From: Candidatus Udaeobacter sp.
GTDB taxonomy: Bacteria; Patescibacteriota; Patescibacteriia; Magasanikbacterales; GWA2-37-8
DNA: 64,000 nucleotides
Assembly: GCA_035473115.1 (NCBI GenBank)
Contig: DATION010000003.1
Span: forward strand, 3,264-67,263
Direction of reading: 5' to 3'
Shown here: positions 56,409-64,000 of the stretch, in pieces
How the letters are laid out: every line of letters begins with the position of its first letter
Numbering within the stretch: the stretch's first letter is position 1
The notes under the pieces: generated by a model
What the model was told of the DNA's origin: nothing
What the model saw: only the letters and a program-made list of their open reading frames with translations
The model's database searches: none
Made by a program: the position numbers and the translations under genes

Positions 56409-58727
56409 TTAGGAGTTGACGGAGTCTTTTACTTCGTCTTCAAATATTGGCGCGCCGCCGGCATCCATAGACTGTTCGCGTTCGGACAAGTCTTCATTTT
56501 CGGTTGGCCGCATATGTTCCATAAAGACCTCGCGCGGTTTGGCGCCATCAGCTGGACCTACTATACCAGCTTCTTCCATTTCATCCAACAGTCTGGCAGC
56601 TCGAGCATAACCGACTTTCATACGGCGCTGCAAAAGTGAAGCGCTGGCCTTGCCAGATTCCATCACTATTTTTTTGGCTTCATCAAATAATGGGTCATTA
56701 TCACTGCTGGCTCCGCCAAACATGTTGATTGTGCCACTTGATCCAGTATTATTATTTCGAGAAACAATTGATTCATCATAAGCCGGAGGTTCATCTCCTT
56801 TTAATTTATCAACTACTCGTTTCATTTCTTCTTCAGAAACAAACGCGCCTTGCAAACGTTTTGGTTGAGAAAGATCAGCAGTTAAAAATAACATATCGCC
56901 GCGGCCCAATAATTTTTCCGCGCCGGCTGAATCTAAAATAGTACGTGAATCAACTAGTGATGCTACCGAAAAAGCAATACGAGCCGGAATGTTAGCTTTC
57001 ATTAGGCCGGTAATTACTTCCACACTCGGACGTTGAGTAGCCACAATTAAATGAATACCAACAGCGCGCGCCATCTGTGCCAAGCGAATAATTCCAGCTT
57101 CAACTTCGCTTGCTGCCATTGCCATTAAGTCAGCCAACTCATCAATCACAAAAACTATATAAGGCAAAGGTTCGGCAGCAGTTTTATTGTAAGAACCAAT
57201 ATCTCTTTTGCCGGCATCAGCCAGAATGGTAAAACGTCGATCCATTTCACCGATTGTCCATTTGAGAGCGTTTACAGTTTTGGCGGCATCGGTGATTACC
57301 GGAGTAAGTAAATGAGGAATGCCATTATACATTGTCAGTTCAACTCGTTTGGGATCCACCATAATCATACGCAAAGTGGCGGCAGTATTTTGGTAGAGCA
57401 AACTTAATAAAATAGTATTGATACAGACAGTTTTTCCGGAGCCGGTAGAACCAGCTACCAGCAAATGAGGCATCTTAAGGAGATCGCCAAACCAAACTTT
57501 ACCGGCAACGTCTTTACCCAAAGCCATCATCATATTGTGTCTTTCTGGGTTTTTAAATTCCGGACTTTCTAAAAGTTCACGCAAAGTGACCATAGCCACT
57601 TTTTGATTTGGCACTTCTATACCAACTAAAGATTGGCCGGGAATCGGCGCTTCTATACGAATTGGGTGAGCTGCTAAAGCCAAGGCTAAGTCATTGCTTA
57701 GGTTGGTGATTTTGGTAAGTTTTACGCCTTTAGCCGGTTTAAGAGAGTATTGAGTAACTGTTGGACCAACTCGCACTTCGCCCATATCTACTTCAATGCC
57801 AAAATTTTTCAAAGTGTCTTGAATAATAGCGGCATTGCCTTTGATGTCTCCGGAAGTTGGTTTGCTTTTCGAAGTATATAATAAATCAACCGGCGGCAGA
57901 TCGCGGATAATTGGTTTTGGTATGCCTTTTTCTTCAGGTTCATTTATTTCAACTGCTTCTATCGGAGCTGTTTCAACATCTTCCTGTTTTTCAAAATTTT
58001 CTTTTTTGTTTAAGTTTCGTTGTTGGAAGATTCTTCTTTCTTCCTCTTCTTCAGTTTCGGTATTTTCTTCTGTTTCCGATTCGGAATCTTTTGTTTGGTA
58101 GTCGCCTTTTATTTTGAAAGTAACTTTTTCGATTTGATTTGGATCTGTTTTAAATGAAGAAAAGAAAGAAACAATTTTTTGTCCAAACCAGCCTAGGAGT
58201 AAAAAGAATTTTTTATGCAGATCAACAATTTGCGCCAGAGAAGTATTGAATAAAAATATAATACTGGTTAAAAGCAAGCCGATTAGCAGCATGGTTGCGC
58301 CCCAATAGCCAAGGTATTTGTTTAATGGCCAGGCCAAAGCAAAGCCGATCAATCCGCCGCCATAGCCTTGGGTGGCCAGACTAAACATTTCATCTACCGG
58401 TTTTTGCAGATGCACCAAGCCGTTAAAGCCGGCAATAAACAAAATTGATCCCAGCCAGTGAGTGGGTCGGTATTCATAGTCCATGTCTTTTACCATTAAT
58501 ATCGCCACCAAAATCAAAATAATCGGAAAAACATATCGAGCCTGGCCAAATATAATGGCTAAAAGAGAATCAATAAATTGTCCGGCGACTCCAGCTAAAT
58601 TAAAAAAACTTAAGGCTGATAGTCCGCCCATGATAAACAACAAGAGAGCCAGAAGCCCTCGACTAATATCCGGGTTTAAATTGATTTGCTCCGAAAGAGT
58701 CGGTTTGCGCGCTCGGTTTCTTGGCAT
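56409..58727 (-). CDS. ftsK: DNA translocase FtsK/SpoIIIE.
   Basis: N-terminal transmembrane domain, an acidic linker, the motor Walker A GSTGSGKT and a C-terminal gamma winged helix LLQRRMKVGYARAARLLDEME. Confidence 0.95.
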   Translation of the reverse strand: MPRNRARKPTLSEQINLNPDISRGLLALLLFIMGGLSALSFFNLAGVAGQFIDSLLAIIFGQARYVFPIILILVAILMVKDMDYEYRPTHWLGSILFIAGFNGLVHLQKPVDEMFSLATQGYGGGLIGFALAWPLNKYLGYWGATMLLIGLLLTSIIFLFNTSLAQIVDLHKKFFLLLGWFGQKIVSFFSSFKTDPNQIEKVTFKIKGDYQTKDSESETEENTETEEEEERRIFQQRNLNKKENFEKQEDVETAPIEAVEINEPEEKGIPKPIIRDLPPVDLLYTSKSKPTSGDIKGNAAIIQDTLKNFGIEVDMGEVRVGPTVTQYSLKPAKGVKLTKITNLSNDLALALAAHPIRIEAPIPGQSLVGIEVPNQKVAMVTLRELLESPEFKNPERHNMMMALGKDVAGKVWFGDLLKMPHLLVAGSTGSGKTVCINTILLSLLYQNTAATLRMIMVDPKRVELTMYNGIPHLLTPVITDAAKTVNALKWTIGEMDRRFTILADAGKRDIGSYNKTAAEPLPYIVFVIDELADLMAMAASEVEAGIIRLAQMARAVGIHLIVATQRPSVEVITGLMKANIPARIAFSVASLVDSRTILDSAGAEKLLGRGDMLFLTADLSQPKRLQGAFVSEEEMKRVVDKLKGDEPPAYDESIVSRNNNTGSSGTINMFGGASSDNDPLFDEAKKIVMESGKASASLLQRRMKVGYARAARLLDEMEEAGIVGPADGAKPREVFMEHMRPTENEDLSEREQSMDAGGAPIFEDEVKDSVNS

Positions 58728-59000
58728 AATAAGCCTATTATATCACAAGTCGCGTTTTTCTTCATTAAGCTGCGGCAAGAGATGCATGTTTTAACTAACG
58801 AATCAAATTTAGAAAACTTTTTCTGAACAAAATAATGTTCGAGAAAAAAGAGAGAGATTTGTTTAATAAATCCGATCCGGTTGAGACATCAACTTTTGCG
58901 CAGCTTGATAAAGAAAAAATATTCTGGCTATATTTTATAGTGGTTAAATTATTTGTCAAGACTAAAAAGTTATGCACCGTTTTTATTTTTGATAAAAAAT

Positions 59001-59035
59001 AAAAGCAGCCATTTATGCTAATGGCTGCTTTTAAA
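59001..59035. terminator. Bidirectional intrinsic terminator.
   Basis: aaaagcagccatt tatgct aatggctgctttt. Confidence 0.6.
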
Positions 59036-59094
59036 TGGTAGCGATATTTTCCTCCTCGTTTGGCGCTTCGCTACGGAGAGCGCCGTATTTATTG

Positions 59095-59562
59095 TTAGGG
59101 TGTTTGGTTGCGGCGAGCACGACGAACGTTGATTACGTTCACTGCAATTGCGCAAGTGGCAGCAACCACGCAGCTGCTGACGACACTCGCTGTAAATAGT
59201 ATGAATCGGCATCTGACCGAGTAATCGTTTAGCAGGTCGTATCCTATGCACCCTAGCGGAAATAGCGCTAGTGTGAGAAAGCCTGCCAAGCCAACGCAGT
59301 TGATAACACTTTCCGAATGGTTGAGGTACGTTCCTTTATGGGTTCGGCGCTTCCTCAGAAAGTGTGCCAACCATACCGCCACCGTCCCGATACTCACGCT
59401 TCCCACGCTTCCTGCTACCATCACAGCAGAAGTAGTAAAAAAAGGGTCAGCCCCTTCTACTAGCAGTATTAGCGTTGAAACTACGCCAGCGGCCATAAAT
59501 ACCGCTCCCCAAATACTTACCAGATCTTCGCTAATAACGTAACTTTTGCTTGCATGCCTCAT
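59095..59562 (-). CDS. Hypothetical 155 aa membrane protein on a small GC-rich segment.
   Basis: Four transmembrane segments. The local GC is about 52% against about 37% around it. No recognisable motif. Confidence 0.4.
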   Translation of the reverse strand: MRHASKSYVISEDLVSIWGAVFMAAGVVSTLILLVEGADPFFTTSAVMVAGSVGSVSIGTVAVWLAHFLRKRRTHKGTYLNHSESVINCVGLAGFLTLALFPLGCIGYDLLNDYSVRCRFILFTASVVSSCVVAATCAIAVNVINVRRARRNQTP

Positions 59563-59785
59563 CAGAATGTCTCCCCTCTAGAGAGTTTGTAGAATTTATG
59601 AAAGAGCGAATAGATAAAGATAGCATAGAACAACTACATTGTCAATGGGTTAAATAGTAGAAATGTAGATTTGTGTACACCCTGTGGATAAATTTATTTA
59701 AAGTTTATTTTTTTAAGCTAATTTTTCTCTAAAATTAGCCAAAAATACTATTTATCTTGACAATCCACAGTCTTTTGTTTTTTGC

Positions 59786-59814
59786 TTGACATTAGTACAA
59801 AATTCAAGTAAGAT
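59786..59814 (+). promoter_or_regulatory. Sigma-70-like promoter for rpoB.
   Basis: TTGACA, a 17 nt spacer, then TAAGAT. It is followed by about 400 nt of structured leader. Confidence 0.4.
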
Positions 59815-60210
59815 GTATTTACTTTACACTTCTAAGAAGAGAGAGACAGTAATTTTGGCTTAGATTAGCAGAAAATTTGTGACTGTTCGTTTTTGAACAG
59901 TTGCAAAATCATGCAAGGATTAATTTAAGCCCGGCCATTCGGTACGCCGGTGGCAGACGGGCTATAATAATTATCATGTTGGCCTTGCTAAACATAGCGA
60001 AATTTTAAATAAAAATACTTTTGCGCCTTTCAAGCGTAAGTTTTTTGTTTTTAACTGCCAAAATTTACAAGCCGTAAGCGAAGTAAATTTTGTGCAAGTT
60101 AAAAATCCACCGAGTTTGTGGCTGCAGAGAGCCGAATGGGTGTGCGAAGGGCAGAGCGGTGGATATAATGACATTTATTATTAATAAAAATTATTTTTTA
60201 AAGAAAAGTT

Positions 60211-64000
<3,790 letters not shown>

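Overview
This 64 kb window is low-GC (~37%) chromosomal DNA that looks like a reduced-genome CPR/Patescibacteria-type bacterium using the standard genetic code; large genes such as rpoB and ftsK read through without in-frame UGA. It spans the replication-origin neighbourhood: yidD-rnpA-rpmH on the minus strand, then dnaA and dnaN on the plus strand, with DnaA-box clusters on both sides of dnaA. Recognisable housekeeping genes include a class A PBP, a cyclophilin, comM/yifB, lspA, a DksA/TraR zinc-finger gene, uppP, alkA-like, a MarR-regulated MacAB-type ABC efflux set, msrB, malic enzyme, a VKOR/DsbA pair, mgtC plus a P-type ATPase, recA, a RodZ-like gene, ftsK, rpoB and the start of rpoC. There are five tRNAs: Ser-TGA, Ser-CGA, and a minus-strand Ala-Phe-Pro cluster. 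Many intergenic regions carry intrinsic-terminator-like hairpins that could act in both directions. Three short segments are much more GC-rich (~55-60%) than their surroundings and look horizontally acquired. The most notable lies at ~25.4-27.1 kb: it encodes a minimal caspase-like (CHAT-type) peptidase and an unknown 297 aa partner, which I flag as a candidate conflict/defence module. The other two are a LamG-type lipoprotein beside the tRNA cluster and a small membrane protein upstream of rpoB. Two further regulatory oddities stand out: a second DnaA-box cluster with twin palindromes at ~13.4-13.6 kb, and a nearly identical 35-nt palindromic element repeated at 18.6 kb and 21.35 kb around an HxlR-controlled redox module. 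All calls rest on reading the translations and sequence motifs only; no database searches were run.
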